Shown here one piece after another: positions 36,366 through 50,089 of a stretch of DNA of 64,000 bases (positions within the stretch are counted from its first letter, which is position 1; each line of letters opens with the position of its first letter). Source of the DNA: Cirrosporium novae-zelandiae (Eukaryota); NCBI GenBank assembly GCA_026023565.1, contig JAPETS010000026.1, forward strand, positions 248,001 to 312,000. Reading direction: 5' to 3'. The notes below the pieces were generated by a model. It searched no databases, was not told the origin of the DNA, and worked only from the letters and a program-made list of their open reading frames with translations. A program made the position numbers and the translations under genes.

Positions 36366-36893
36366 CTTTGCGGTCGGAGACGGGTCGTGCAAGTAGTAAA
36401 AGATATTTAGATGGGCTTGGCCTTTTGTTTTCGTTATGATCCTCGGAAGGTCACGCTGGAATATTCCCTATGAGCGATGAATGAAGATTGATTATCAAAG
36501 AAGTTGTCTTTTAGGCTGCTAGAAGGATGGGAAGTTTGGAGAGCTTTCTTCCTTCGTCGTAAGCTGGAACAAGCTAACAGTAGGGCTAAGCGAACCAATA
36601 AAACTTTCAGCATGGGCGTCATTGTGAGATCCACACAAGATAAACAACGGCCAGCTGTACAAAATAGGAGAGGCAGCACGAACATTCGTATCATCGTATT
36701 ATCGTATACGTTTTCGTATCTACTTCTAAATAAAATTATCCGACACATTTAAACTAATAAATAGGCTCTACACATTGACATAATTTGCTAGCCATGCATG
36801 CCATGCCAACAAAAGATTTTAAGGTATCCCCTACTAGTTCATAATCTATACATGCAGCATATATGCCGAGAATCTTTCTTCCTGATACAAATC

Positions 36894-38240
36894 TTAGATC
36901 TTTGCCATGGGCTTCAAAGCATCTTCAACCAATTTGACAGCTTCTTGAGCACAGCCATATGAGGATTGATATCCAAACCCTCCATGGCCATAATTGTGCA
37001 CAACCCATGTTCCGTCAATCTTCTCTTTTTCTAATCGAACTCCATTAATGCGGACAGGTCGCAATCCAACCCCATGACGAATGATATCAAGGGTTTCGAA
37101 TCCTTTCCCGTTAGTTAAGGCAGGGCAAAGTTCTACACATCTTTTCATGATTCTGATGGCCAAACTGGGATCGGGCTGGGACTCCCAGCTGCCTTTCTGA
37201 TAACAGCCTCCCAAAATTGTACCACCACCTGTAAAGTTCGTTAGATTTGGAATCTAGATTAGATATTTCAAAGCATACCAGCAGCACGTTGCATTATGTA
37301 GCATGCTTCATCCGACCCGTCATCTGTACCGGAGGTGGAACACATGATACCAGGTTCATTGCGAACGACTACAATCTGACCCCTTGCCGGAATAACATTT
37401 TTGTCTTCAACACCACCTAACTTTGCAGCTGACAGACCCGTACAATTGACAATCAAGTCAGCCTTCTGGCCTGAAGTATGTGCGTTTGCTGCATCTGAAA
37501 TGTGCTTGAAGACGGCTCGTTTGAATGTAACTCCATTTTTCAGGCCTTGGGAGATGAGCCACGGGAGATAGATGGCTGTATTAATGCAGACTGAAGTAAA
37601 ACTGGTACCTCGTTCCTGACCAGGAGGAAGCTTATCTTTGGGAACTTGCTTGAACTACTTGAGGTCAGTAGTTATTATTAATGGGAAATAATCGTTTTGT
37701 TGTGCGTACATTTGGAACAACATCTTTGAACCATGGCTCGGGTGATAGGAGCTCAGAAAACCAGTCCGATGTCACCGAATTGTCGTCTTTTGCCCTTGTA
37801 TAGACAGCGGTGTCTGGCTATTATCAAAACCGACTCTTACTATTTCATGGAAGACCTTACCCTGGAAATGAATACCTGAATCTGGCTGTTGTTCAGCAAG
37901 ATGAGCAAGCTCTGGCCATGTATTCCTATCCCATTTTTCGGCCCTTGTTCCCTTCACAGATACACTATTAGGTTATTAGCTCTTTAAGGTTCTAGATATA
38001 ATGGCCATAATGAGTCACACGGTAAATAATTGGCACCCGCCCATGGGGAGGCATATTCAATGTCATAGTCGCCAGGCATATGTTTTGCGGCAACGGTGAT
38101 TGAATATTTGCCTAGTTGAGATAACAATAGAGCAGTAGTGAGCCCAGCAACTCCAGCTCTATATAAGATTAGCAAGTTGATTCATTTCGTGGACTAGGTA
38201 CTTACCCAATAACTACAACATTTTCCTTATTGGCAGCCAT
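36894..38240 (-). CDS. D-amino-acid oxidase (FAD), 5 introns, PTS1-like -AKI
   Basis: VVVIGAGVAGL, YASPWAGAN, INTAIYLPWL, VNCTGL, PARGQ, HGVGLRP, VHNYGHGGFGYQSSYG. Confidence 0.95.
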
Positions 38241-39257
38241 TGTTCTATAGACGTATTGTCTCGGGAAAGCTTTGGTCACTTTATCAGATGCCTGGTGGAC
38301 AATAGTTAGCATACCTATTGTAAAAATAAGTTCAATAGGGCTAGGCTGTGGATATAAAGGCAGTTCATTGACCGCTTCTCTCTTTTGAGGTGAAATGAAG
38401 TGAGGTCTCCATTTCTGCCTAACCCTGACATCTTCAACCACCAAACTTCAATCTCATCCAGCCTTTCCCCTTTTTCTTTTCAACTTCAACGACAACACCA
38501 GATTTCGACTTATAAGCAGCAGTGATTGTTGGTAAGTCATGTGATGACTGTTTTCTTTCTGCGGCTACGTGCCGATTGGAAAAGGAAGACTGGCATGCTG
38601 ACCTTAGTTCTCGCGACTTAACAGACACTCTCTCTAGCTACTGGATAGCTTTCTTCTCTATAAATTACCATCACTACCATGTAAGTGAGATTGAAAGCAA
38701 TTCTTTTTATTTATATTTTTTTTCTTCATCGCATGTCTCCGATACGGATAAGGATGATGGTTGATAAGGTTGATAAGGATGAGTCAGGAAATTGGCTAAC
38801 TAGAGTAGCAACTAGTGAACACAAGAGGCCATCTCGGGCCTTGACATTCTCTTCTTCGGTGCTCCTGCGGCCCCCATCCCTGCTCTCTAGGCACCCAGGC
38901 TTTCTGGGCTCTCGGCTGTTAGACACAATGTCTGTCCAGTCGCAGAAAGTAAGTTTCTCCCTAAATCCTGAACGAGTGACGCGGGTACGGTCACTAGTCC
39001 TTTCAGCCCAAGTTGGCCCCCGTTCGAACCCGCCCGTAACTACTCTGTGTACAAGCTGGGTTTGTGAATTATTCTGAGCTTCCACCACCCAAAATTAATA
39101 AATTCAATGTCTTGTTGAATTGATTGAATTTAATGCCATCCCTCCACCACAACCCTCTTGCGGTTACACAGGCTGATGCAGACCTTACCAGAACGCCGGG
39201 CTTCCTGTTTCTCTCCCCCCCTCTCTATCCTCTTCAAAAACAGCCCTCACCGAGGCG

Positions 39258-40852
39258 ATGCTGGAGTCTGGAGCAGAGTTCCCAGGCCTTTCATCACTTG
39301 GGCTCTATGCAGCAAATATAAGAGGTGACGGTACAGTCTCCATTGCCTGTTTTAACTCTTGTACTCACCGTCTTTTAAAATCCTGGCTGATCATATATAT
39401 CCTTTTCGTCTCCAGGGAACTGTCTCTTTAATGCTTTTTCTGATCAACTATACGGCACCGAGACTAGAAGCCGAGAAATTAGAACCGAGGTCATTAAATA
39501 TCTAAGTGAAAATTCAGAATATTATAAACCATTCCTTGACACCTATCCTACCCGTCGAAACCCAAAACGTAAGAACGTTGGAGCTCTTTCAGACACACTA
39601 GATTACCAGCCTACAAAGGAACAAATTGAACGACAATTCCAAAGGCATCTTGAACAAATGTCCAAAACTGGCGTATGGGGAGACAATCTTGAAATCTCAG
39701 CATTTGCTTCTTGTTACCAAGTCGTTGTCAAAGTCTACCAAGAGGAAGATGGTCATCCATCTTATTACGTTCCTCCAAGAGATGGCGTGCCTGTGACTCG
39801 GGGGATGGTGCAGGTTGCTTACCATGTGAGTGACCTTGTTATATTAAATTATATGTAGAATGCCTTGACTGACCAATTGATCAGGGCTGGGAGCATTACT
39901 CGTCCATTCGAAACATCAATGGGCCACATAGTGGAATACCAAATGCCAAGATATCTAATGATGACCAGGAAGCAATTGATCGCCATTCTGCCAAATTTCC
40001 CACAATTGAACCCTGGATGACAAAAGCAGTGGCAACCGCTGTGAAACATCTTTCCGTTGATGCTGTTGCTATTGATCAAGCACTGAGAGCGTGCAATTAC
40101 GATGTAGACAACGCTGTCTCCAGGCTCATTGAAATGGAGGAGTGCGGTAGCGTTGGATCAACACCTGGAAGTTCGAGCGTCGAAAGAGAATATGATAGTG
40201 ATGAGGAGTATATGTCTGGCCCTGCTAAGAGACAGGATCGACGAGTGAGCCGTGCAACTCGACTGACAAAGGAAAATTCAGAACCACGAAAAAAGCTTAG
40301 CCCTAAGTCTAAGATCCCCAAGGTAGACGCTAAGGCTAATGAAGCTGATGGCACTGATGACCAAACTAAGTCTGAGGGAACCCAGATCGAAAATGGTGCA
40401 AATACCAACGATGATGCTACAAGTACCCATCCTAGAACACGAAGCTCGTCTAAGCAAACCGCATCCGCCCCCGAAAACAGTGGCAACGAAACTACTATAA
40501 AACCGAAAATAAGACTAAGGCTTACACAGCCAAGGAAACCAGACCCCGAACCTGAACTCACCGCTCCCAAAACTCGCTCCAAACAAACCGATCCAAAACA
40601 GAAACGTGTACCTGCCCGTGTTCAGAGAGATATGAAGAAAACTGCTCAGAAACAAGCAGCAAAGGAGAGACGGAGAGAGGCTGCTAGTGCTAAAACTGGC
40701 ACGTGTAAGTCAACCGAAGAACGTAAAATCAACTCCCAGGAGCCTAATAAAATGAAGCCAAAGTCCATCAGACAGAAGTGTCAAGTCCGCCGAAGTCCCA
40801 GACTCAACAAACCCCAGCAATGAATCTTGCTATTCGAAGCGTCTACATATAG
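39258..40852 (+). CDS. OTU-family cysteine protease (deubiquitinase) with a CUE-like helical domain; start uncertain (possible upstream exon at 38928)
   Basis: LGLYAANIRGD|GNCLFNAFSDQLYG, WGDNLEISAF, VAYH|GWEHYSSIRN, and YDVDNAVSRLI. A predicted intron at 40705-40757 yields the C-terminus IRSVYI*. Confidence 0.85.
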
Positions 40853-42608
40853 ATTCATCGGACATGGGACTTACCGCCAGTTGTATTCGAATTTCTATAC
40901 GTGAACTATCTCATCAGTACCGAGTGATGGTGGAACAAAAACACTGTACGGTCAACCCAGAGTTAGCAACCAGCTTCATTTAAGCAGTATTTTTGCTTCA
41001 TTTTTTTTCTAACAGCAAATCCCGCAGGCTGGCCCCGCTATGGATAGATTTTCGCCTTACACAACAGCTTAGCCTATCTCTTCGAATCCTTGGCTCAAAA
41101 TGGACATTCATAGATCTACATTACCGTCAACATACACTAAAATCACGATCATATTTGAACAACATTCATTTAGCGAAAGCATTATCCGGAGTTTAGTCTT
41201 CATTACAGTAACGCATTGGATGGGCGTTGGGATTTTTCTCGGCCATACGGGTTTTGGTCACAACGGCGTTTGACTATGATATCTTATATACAGAATGACC
41301 GGACCGGAGCTGGATTTCTAGCCTACGCCGGCATGACAATGATTTCTCTTGTTCGTTAGTAATGTATTTTTTTCATGTTTTACGAGGCGTTATTTTTGTC
41401 AACAGGTTCATTCAAACGCATTTATGGTGGCGGCGTTCAAGCACTGGAAAACAAAAGTACCTGATGGCAGACACAGGGGCATTGGGGTACGGTGGCGTAC
41501 CAGAAAATGCATATATACTTAGGTGTGAATGCAGAGAGCAGCAGCAGATGGTGAAGGGATTGCTTGTTTTGATGGCTGGTTCCGTTGACTCGAGCAAGGT
41601 AAAGGAACGACAATGTTAACTCTATCTCTTATATTTTTGGAGAGACTTATGAGAATCAGATGCGAATGAATTGATGAGTTAACTAGAAAAGGTCAATGAG
41701 GAAAGTTTTTTCTAAACCAATATGCATCCATTCATTTGTTCATATAATTCAATCGAAATGAAAGAAAAAAATCAAAAAAAACTCTAAATCCACTACCGGT
41801 AGGCACCGGTTTTGGTCTAATTAGGGGTTTCCCCTACTCCACGCACGTAATCAATCTATTCACCTATCCACATTTTCTCGGAGCCGGAAATTTAGGAAAA
41901 AGTGGGATGGGTGAATTTAAGTTTTTGGGGTTTTGTGTGGTTGGGTGGGTTTGGCGGTTTTCCCGTTGGTGAAAGTTGCGAGGAGAAATAGATAATTAGG
42001 AAAGGAAGGTTGGTGAATTGACTTTTCTTTCTTTCTAGCACTTGTTAAATAGTGTGAACTAACTACAGAGAAAGAAAGAAAGAAAGAAAGATGATTATTT
42101 GAAAAAAGCGTCATTTACATTGATCAATCCAATCGAACAAAAATCGAATTGTTTCAAGGTAACTGTACTTGTAGTACCACCTTACCTGCATAGATACCTA
42201 GGTAGATAGATATAAACGACCGATTGTGAGGTCCAACTAACCTATAGATATTGTAATTAACCAATTGCCCCAACGTGTGGCCCCCTTTCCTTTCCTTATC
42301 ATATTTCAATCCTTGAGTGAGGCCGTGATGGATAATTATGAATTTGATTAGATTGAATTTTTTTTGGGGATCCAATCTTTCGCTCTCCCTCTCGTTACTC
42401 ATGCCTGCCTGCCTGCCTGCTAAATGCTAGAACTATTTTCTTTTCTTTTCTTCTTCTTCGACGTTCAGGAAGAAGGTTGATAGCTAGCTAGCCCCCACAC
42501 CCGATCAACCAGCCATGTGGTATGAAGAGAAGAAGTATTTAGAGAAATGAAAATAAACAACTACCCTCCATTGCTGGCTGGTACCCCCCTATCACACACA
42601 CACGACTT

Positions 42609-43619
42609 TTAAGCATCTGTGGCGTTCTTGATAGCAGCCTCGAGAGCGTTGGCGTTGGCGCCAACGACCTCACCCACCTTCTCGCCATTCTTGAATAGCA
42701 TAAAGGTGGGCATGGCACGAATTCCGAGTTCTTGAGCCACGTCGGGGACCTCATCGACGTCGAGTTTGAAGAATCGGACTTCAGGGTATTTTTTGGAGAA
42801 TCTTGTACGGAAGAAAAGTTCGTGTTAGGAAGTCTTTTTTTTTTGGCGGGAAGATGGGTTTAGGTTTTGGGGTGGGGTGGGATTGGATGGGACTTACTCA
42901 AGAACTTTGGGGGCAATCACTTTGCATGGTCCACACCAGGTTGCGAAGCAGTCGAGGACGAGGACCTTGTCTGCATCGGTTGTGAGAGCGGTCTTCCAGT
43001 CGGAAGTGCTGTGGGTAGATGGAATGTTAGTTGGTGGTTTTTATTTTCATCTTGGAATTCATCTTATAATGAAGGTTTTGGGGGGATATTCGTGATACAC
43101 AAATCTCTAATTTTGGTATCACTGCGGAGAGAGCAAAGGGCGAGAGAGGGGTGGCGGGGTAACAGAAAGTTGGGGGGATGACGACAGAAGGTAAAGGGAT
43201 GACAAGAAAAGCGGCTTTGGGACTTACTTAGCGAGGTTGTGAACGCCAGCCATTTCTGTAGATGGGGAAGTTGTAAAAGATCGAGTGGGATTGATTTGGT
43301 TGCTTTGGTTGCTTTTGTTGCTTTTGCTGCTTTTGTTGTTGCTGTTGGAAAAGTTCAACTGGGGATATCTGAGATTGAGATTGAGATTGTTCTTTGAAAA
43401 GGCTTGAGTGGTGACGCTTCGGACGGTAGATGTAGTTGTAGTAGTGGGGTGGATGACCGGTCTAGATGTTCTTCCGACGCCGGAGTATCTAATGGTTGCA
43501 GTCAAGGACAGCGCTTGATGATTAATGACTTGAGATTGGAATGTAGTTCGCAATAGAAGATTCTGAATTCGTAGTGATGAATATTGTAAGGATGCCATTC
43601 TGAACGGTGAAGGGAGCAT
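42609..43619 (-). CDS. Thioredoxin; short form from ATG 43253, long form with a presequence-like extension; introns 43009-43227 and 42802-42897
   Basis: [46 protein letters not shown]. Confidence 0.93.
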
Positions 43620-43977
43620 CTCTTTTTATGTATAACAACAGACTTCTCTACTTTCTAGGAATCTGGTATTATAAATGAGTAATTAGATAATCTTTTTTTT
43701 TTTTTTTTTTTGGTTTTTTTCTCTTACAAAGGCGTGAAAGGCAAAGTGATCAGGGGTCTAGCTTTGGCTTTGATAAATTTGTAAGATAATGTTGATGACG
43801 GAATCCAACTTTTGTTTTTTTTTTGAAGCCAAAAGCTGGCCACTTAGGGCCGATTGGCCTAACGGAAGATGCTAGAAACGTATTTGGATAGATTATGATT
43901 GATTCATCAGTGATAGTTTAGTCAAGTTAATTACCTGTTTTTGTACGCCTCAAGATTTGAAATTGATCCTTTCTATT

Positions 43978-46091
43978 ATGCTATGTCAATATTGTCAGCT
44001 TCTTACAATTAACAAGCTTTTCGAACTTGCAAGACATCATGTTCTTCTAGGCCCATCTCCATCAAATCCTACCTCATACCGGAGCTATGAATTTCCTGAC
44101 CTTTATTATCAACACCAACCCTCTTACCCTGCTCTAGTAGCATCAGCCAAAAGTGGTTGTGCAATCTGTCATTCTTTCTGGCAAGAGTTTAAACGTGCAA
44201 GCTCGTTAGGTTTGTACTGTTACTATTCAGATAGTCTGGAAGAAACAATTGCTATTAATGTGTCTAAAGGAAAAGATACCGAGATTCGGGTTCGTCTGGA
44301 TACTTACAATCGGTATCTGGAATCCTCTAAGATACCTACTCCTATCATACTAGATGCTGTGTTTGTTCAAGCAGGTCCAAGTGATGAGTACATTGAACCT
44401 TTCCATGTCTACTGATTCTCCTGGGTATAGAACACACAGTTGAAATTGATGGACATAGAATTGGTCGTTATGAACTTGATCCTGACTTTGGCTCCGACGC
44501 CAATTTCGCCCTTGCTAAAAACTGGCTTCGTGAATGTATAACCCACCACAGTACTTTAATATGTCCAGCTCTACAAGAAGTTGTCCTTCCAGCTAGAGTC
44601 ATTGACGTAGGACCAGCTGATGGGTCAACAAATCCTGTTCTCCTAGTTACAAATGGTCGGAAAGGTCTATATACCACTCTTAGTCATTGTTGGGGAGGGA
44701 AGGTATCTTTGATGACGACAACAAAGACTTTGGAAGCTCACACAAGGAGCATAGCAATAAATAAAATGCCGGCAAATTTCCGCGATGCCATAATCATCAC
44801 TCGAAAACTAGGGTTACGTTACCTGTGGATTGACTCTTTGTGTATTATTCAAGATTCTCGTTCAGACTGGGAGCAGCAATCTGCGGTAATGGGCTCTATT
44901 TATCATAGCTCTGCCTTGACCATTGCAGCAGCTTCAGCCAAAAATAGCGAAGGCGGTATGCTAATAACCGCTTCGGAATCACCGAAAGAACTGGACCCTC
45001 CATGTAAACTTTGGCTTTCTTCTGACCCTAATTCAAATGCAATGTTTCATCTGAGATATTTTGATAACGACTAAGAGACATCCTGGGGCTGCTCGGATAA
45101 GGGGACCCTAGCAGTGCGTGCATGGGCCTTACAAGAACGTCTGCTATCTCATCGAATCCTCTCTTACGGAAAGCGTCAGCTTTACTGGCACTGTCAATAC
45201 ATTCATCATTCTGGGGACGGAGACAGAGAGCCTCTTCCCGACTATTTATACTCCGAGCTCCTCAACTTCTCATCACCCGCACACGAAATTCACCACCTCT
45301 CCCCAGAACATCGCAATAACAAAATCTACAAAGCCTGGTACGCGACCCTAAGAAACTACTGCGACGAACGCCAACTAACCGTGGCAACTGATAAACTTCC
45401 CGCCCTCGCTGGCTTGGCCGCCGAATTCCACAAGCTACTCGACGACGTTTACCTAGCCGGTCTCTGGGCTAATGATCTTCACCGCGGCCTATTATGGCGA
45501 GCAGATGGCGCACTAGCATCGTCATCAAAAAAGCCCCGTGCTCCCTCCTGGAGTTGGGTGAAACTCGACGGCGTGACGATCTTCCCTGAGTCTGATGATC
45601 ACTCCTATCGCGAACTAGAAGCGGAAATCCTCGCCCATGAAGTGAAACTTGCGGGGGAGAATCCTTACGGTGAAGTTAGCTGGGGAAAGTTGACTATAAG
45701 AGGTCTTACCTATAGTCCTTGGGACGGCGTAGAGAATATCACAGACGAAAAAAAGGATATGGATCCCCAATCCTTACCACCATCCTCAATCGAAAACATA
45801 AACGCAAACCTAAATCTAAACCAAGACCAACTCTCAAGAAAAGAAAACCCCAAGCAGCAACAGCAGCAAACCAACGCCCAGTTCTACACCCTCCTCCTCA
45901 TTTCCTGGATACGTGCAGAATCCGGCCAAGAAAACTCTGCTGACCCCATCGCCCTGATCCTCAAAAAAGTTAATAATCAAAGCCAATCTATTGTGTATGA
46001 GAGAGTCGGTATTTTGATGATTAGAGAGGAGTCGCCACTTGCGGCGGGGGAATGCGGGGCTTGGACACGGCAGACGGTTGTTGTTTGCTAA
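43978..46091 (+). pseudogene. HET-domain protein with a single in-frame TAA at 45072-45074; probable intron ~44375-44430
   Basis: MLCQYC, SAKSGCAIC, WLRECITHH, LPARVIDVG, YTTLSHCWG, FRDAIIITRKLGLRYLWIDSLCIIQD, RAWALQERLLS, DKLPALAGLA, YLAGLW, RAPSWSW, YERVG. Confidence 0.88.
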
Positions 46092-46289
46092 GGAGTTGGT
46101 TGGCTGGGGGATTTGTAGTTTAGAAGGTATATGCTTTCAAATCGATTTTTCATTAACAATTGATTTTTGTTTAAAGGCCTCCCTAAGATCAGATCATTCT
46201 TTAGTTTAACCCTTTAAGTCTAGTTACATCCATATCGAATTGCCAAATCTCGGTCGGTAGTTCATGTGCTAGAATACTCCCTACCTTTG

Positions 46290-46712
46290 TCTCTACTTCC
46301 TTTCCCCATACCAGCTTAATGCCATCAGCTGGTAATCTTTCATCCATTATAATCAACCGTATATATCAACCCTCCCAAACTGTTTGACTGCCGAGTCAAT
46401 CAAATTCTTAACTTCCTCTTCATTAGCTACATCCGTTTCCACAAAGATGCTCTCTCCTCTCAATGCTCGGATCGCTTTATATGTGCCAATGGTACAACAG
46501 CCTCGTCGCGGGTCTCAACCTAGATAATTCATAAGCAAATTCCACACATCGGTTCAAGGGGGAAGTCCAATCCAAACTTTGGCTGTAGGTGCCAGGTTGG
46601 AGCAGACAACTTTCACGTCTTCTTTAACCATTGCGAGAGCAATTGCCCTTCCTAAACCGGCAGAGCTTCCCGTAATCACATCCACCCGATCAGCTAGGCG
46701 TTTGCTGCCAGT
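46290..46712 (-). pseudogene. Short-chain dehydrogenase (SDR) N-terminal remnant
   Basis: The minus strand reads RLADRVDVITGSSAGLGRAIALA and then, after a break, GESIFVETDVANEEEVKNLIDSAVKQFGRVDI. No YxxxK segment follows. Confidence 0.75.
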
Positions 46713-48472
46713 AGTTTCGGTAGTAGTAGTAATAATACCAGCCGTATGGGCCCCGAAACGCTAAGAGGGCCAAGAGGAAAGCACAAGCGCAACAGGCCGC
46801 CATAGGAGCTTACGCCCATGCACAGACGTATTCGTGATAGGGATACAGGTAACCTCCTCGTCATCCTTTGGTGGATGAGTGAATCGGCCCGTATTTAACA
46901 GCAAATCTGAACTTTGCAGAAGGAAATGCGTGAAAAAACAGTCGACAATTATCAGCTACATGACACGTGAAAATGTTGGTTAATTAGTTCCCTCATAAAT
47001 TTTTCTAAATTGGTTAATGGTAGATTTTCCAAAGGCTGTCTCATCACAGTACGCTATCGAAAGCAAACCAGGTACATGGCGGGGCCAAGAAGCCGTAACC
47101 TTCGGGTTTTTGCACATCCGCCAGTATTAATATTAAATGGCCATTATAATCACAATGAAAGGAGTGTTCGATATTTGGAGACTTGATGTTGATTTTGCTC
47201 TCTCGAAATTCACCGTGTCTTTTGTTCTCGCCACAATCATGTTGTCGAACCAGATGGGGCTTACGGTTCAATACGAAACCCAAAACCTCTGGCCTCTTAT
47301 GATGACCTTTACCATCAATCGACACTCTCGCTGAGATAAGTTAGCTCAAGTCGATCTCAGCAGTACCAAGCCTATCTATGCCACCGGTATGACGAGAACC
47401 TGCAACAAAAGTGCATAATGTATGAATTCTCTGTGGCAGACCAGCCTCCCCCAGCTTGAACAAGAGTCTGCTCTCCTATATTTCCCTCATTCAATTCAAG
47501 CATGTCTCATCAACATAGGTTGAGCTGCAAATTACAAACACCTGTCCAGTGAAAAGACGATTCTCTATCAGAGTCTTAATCTGCACGTCAGTACAAGCTT
47601 CGAACCGGTCATTGTGGAAAGTGTAGGCCAGGTACCGGTGTGTGGGTCTGTTGTCCGTCCGTCGTCAACCAGGTCCTGCCGGGCCCCGTTCATTGCATTC
47701 CCCCTAACAGCAAACCCCCAGCTTGGATGTAGCGGCCGTTTTATATGTTCATCCAGCTCACTCCACATAAATAGGTTGATGGATTTCTTATTTGTTTGAA
47801 ATATGCTCTCGGCAACCTTGTCCATATATCCGGAACCTTATAAACAGCATCAGCTTTTATATTGATCCCATCCCCATTCCCCATTATTTACTGGTTGAGA
47901 TGACCTGGATATAAATAAAACATTTCGATCAAGCTTGAGAGAACCGCAAATAGTAAATTAGCCAGGAAGACGAGAAAAGACCTGAATCCGGTAATGTAAG
48001 GTGACCAATGAGGAGGGACGGAAAGCGTCAACCCCCTTGGGTTTCCACCCACTCCGCCTTGTTGTAGCTTCTCCCCTTAGCTCTAACAACTCACCGAACT
48101 TACAGTACACATCTTCCGACGGTTGCACTAAATACCTAAGTACAGTGAGGATGAGTAGACCGAAGTATTATTATGGGTATTATGGGTATTATGGGACATT
48201 CTGCTCTATTTATGTTACATCCGTTCCAGCAACTACTATACTTTCAGGAGTAATAGTCTTGTCCAACAACGAGCTTTGTGAAACAATTTCTCAATTGTGG
48301 CTGTCCGCTTTTTTCTTTTTCTTTCCTCCTCATCATTATCATCATGTCAAAGATATTTGCAACAAGTCTCCAAATCAAATCAGCTTCAGAAAGATCTCAA
48401 TTCCATCATTCTACCTTGCTCCTAGCACGATAAATCCTATCCACCAGCTTCATCATATCAAACCGCAACGCA

Positions 48473-49069
48473 ATGGCAGTTCCACCTCCCACCACCAAAA
48501 GGACAAAGCTGTCTTTGGAAGAAATCCTACTGCTCATACCTATATTTGCAAAAATATGTGCGTGCAATCCATCATCATCTATGTCCAAGTTGGGCGGTTT
48601 TTTCTTTTTTCTTCAAACAAAAATCCTGGAACAATCAATTGACGCTCTCTCCCTCTCTTCCCTAAAGTGTTTGCAGCTCTGAAAGTCCTCGTCACCGCCC
48701 CGGTCCCGCTCGCAGGTCTCAGCCGACGCATCGGTATAGCCAGCGGTCGAACAGCTCTGGCTCAATTTTCCGTGAGACAAGCACAGTGAGTTTCACGTGT
48801 CCTATCCCGCCTCTAACCTAGCCACTCCCGCTCCCCCAAAAAGAACCTATTTATTGATTAGGATTGGTTTCTTTTTTATGTATGTGTAGGGCAACCGAAC
48901 CTACGACAACAGAATACTGCATCAATTTTGCAAAAGAGAAGGGGTTTAAACCTGAGAGTGAGGTTCTCGATGATGGAACCACTGCCCATTGGCTTGGGAA
49001 GACGGATGCAAAATATCTGATTTACTATTTGCATGGTGAGTTCCCCTCATCTTCCCCTCTTTTCCTGTG

Positions 49070-49102
<33 letters not shown>

Positions 49103-50089
49103 CATGCATTGCCAAGAAAAAAAAACATCTCATCCCGGTCCCCCCTCTCTCACTCATGCTCATGTATGTGCACCACCCTAGGTGGAGGATTCGCCTGTGC
49201 GGCAAACACGGGCCACCTAAAATTCCTCTGGGAAGCGATAAACCAACCGAACCTCTCCGCCTCGGTGTCGATCCTCCTCCTAGACTACGGTAAGCAAGCA
49301 AGCAAGCTCCACCCCTACAGTAACCCCCACCTAATCCATAACCAACGAGACCTAACCGGCACGCCGCAAACCACATTCCCGCGCCAACTATCCCAATGCA
49401 TAACCATGCTCACACACATCCTAACCCTCCGCCCGGCCTCCCAAATCTTACTTTCTGGCGACTCCGCAGGCGCAAACATGATCCTCGGTCTCCTATCCCA
49501 GATAACACATCCAAGCCCCATCCTCCCGCCTTTCTCCATCGCTTCCAAATTCCCCACCGCGTGCTTGATCTGTCCCTGGGGGATCTTCCAGATCCCTTCG
49601 GGAGAAGAAAAAGCTTGCTCCTTCGTTCGTAATATGGATAAGGATTATATAAACGCCATGTCGCTGGAGAATTGGTCGGGTGCGTATTTGGAGGGTCAGA
49701 AGGCGAATGTGTATAACCAACCCTTCCTTGCTGAAAAGGGGTGGTGGGAGGCCTCGGCGGATGTGGTGGAGGATGTGTTGATATTGGGGGGTGAGGATGA
49801 AGTATTGCTGGATGCGATTAGAGCATTTAGTGAAAGATTTAGTGTATGTACTCCCTTCCCTCCCTTTTTCTCCCCTCTTTTTTTTTTTTTTTTTTTTTTT
49901 TTGAGAAGGATACGGACAGGTTTTCTAATATCGCGAGAATTACTATAGTCCGAACACCCCCACACAACCGTCGCAATAACAAAAAACGAAGTCCACGACT
50001 CTCCCATGGCTGATTATTTATTCGGGGGAAAGGAAATTGGAGATCAGGCTTTGTTGTTCAGGAAGTGGGTTAGGGAACATGCTGTTTAG
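48473..50089 (+). CDS. Alpha/beta-hydrolase (HSL-family lipase/esterase, Say1-like), ~5 introns
   Basis: YYLH|GGGF oxyanion motif, FPRQL, LSGDSAGAN nucleophile elbow, ICPW, GEDEVLLD, and NEVHD in the last exon. Confidence 0.88.

Noticed and set aside
48001..48642. 213-aa ORF upstream of the hydrolase
   Set aside because: GTG start, low complexity, and it overlaps the promoter and first exon in another frame.
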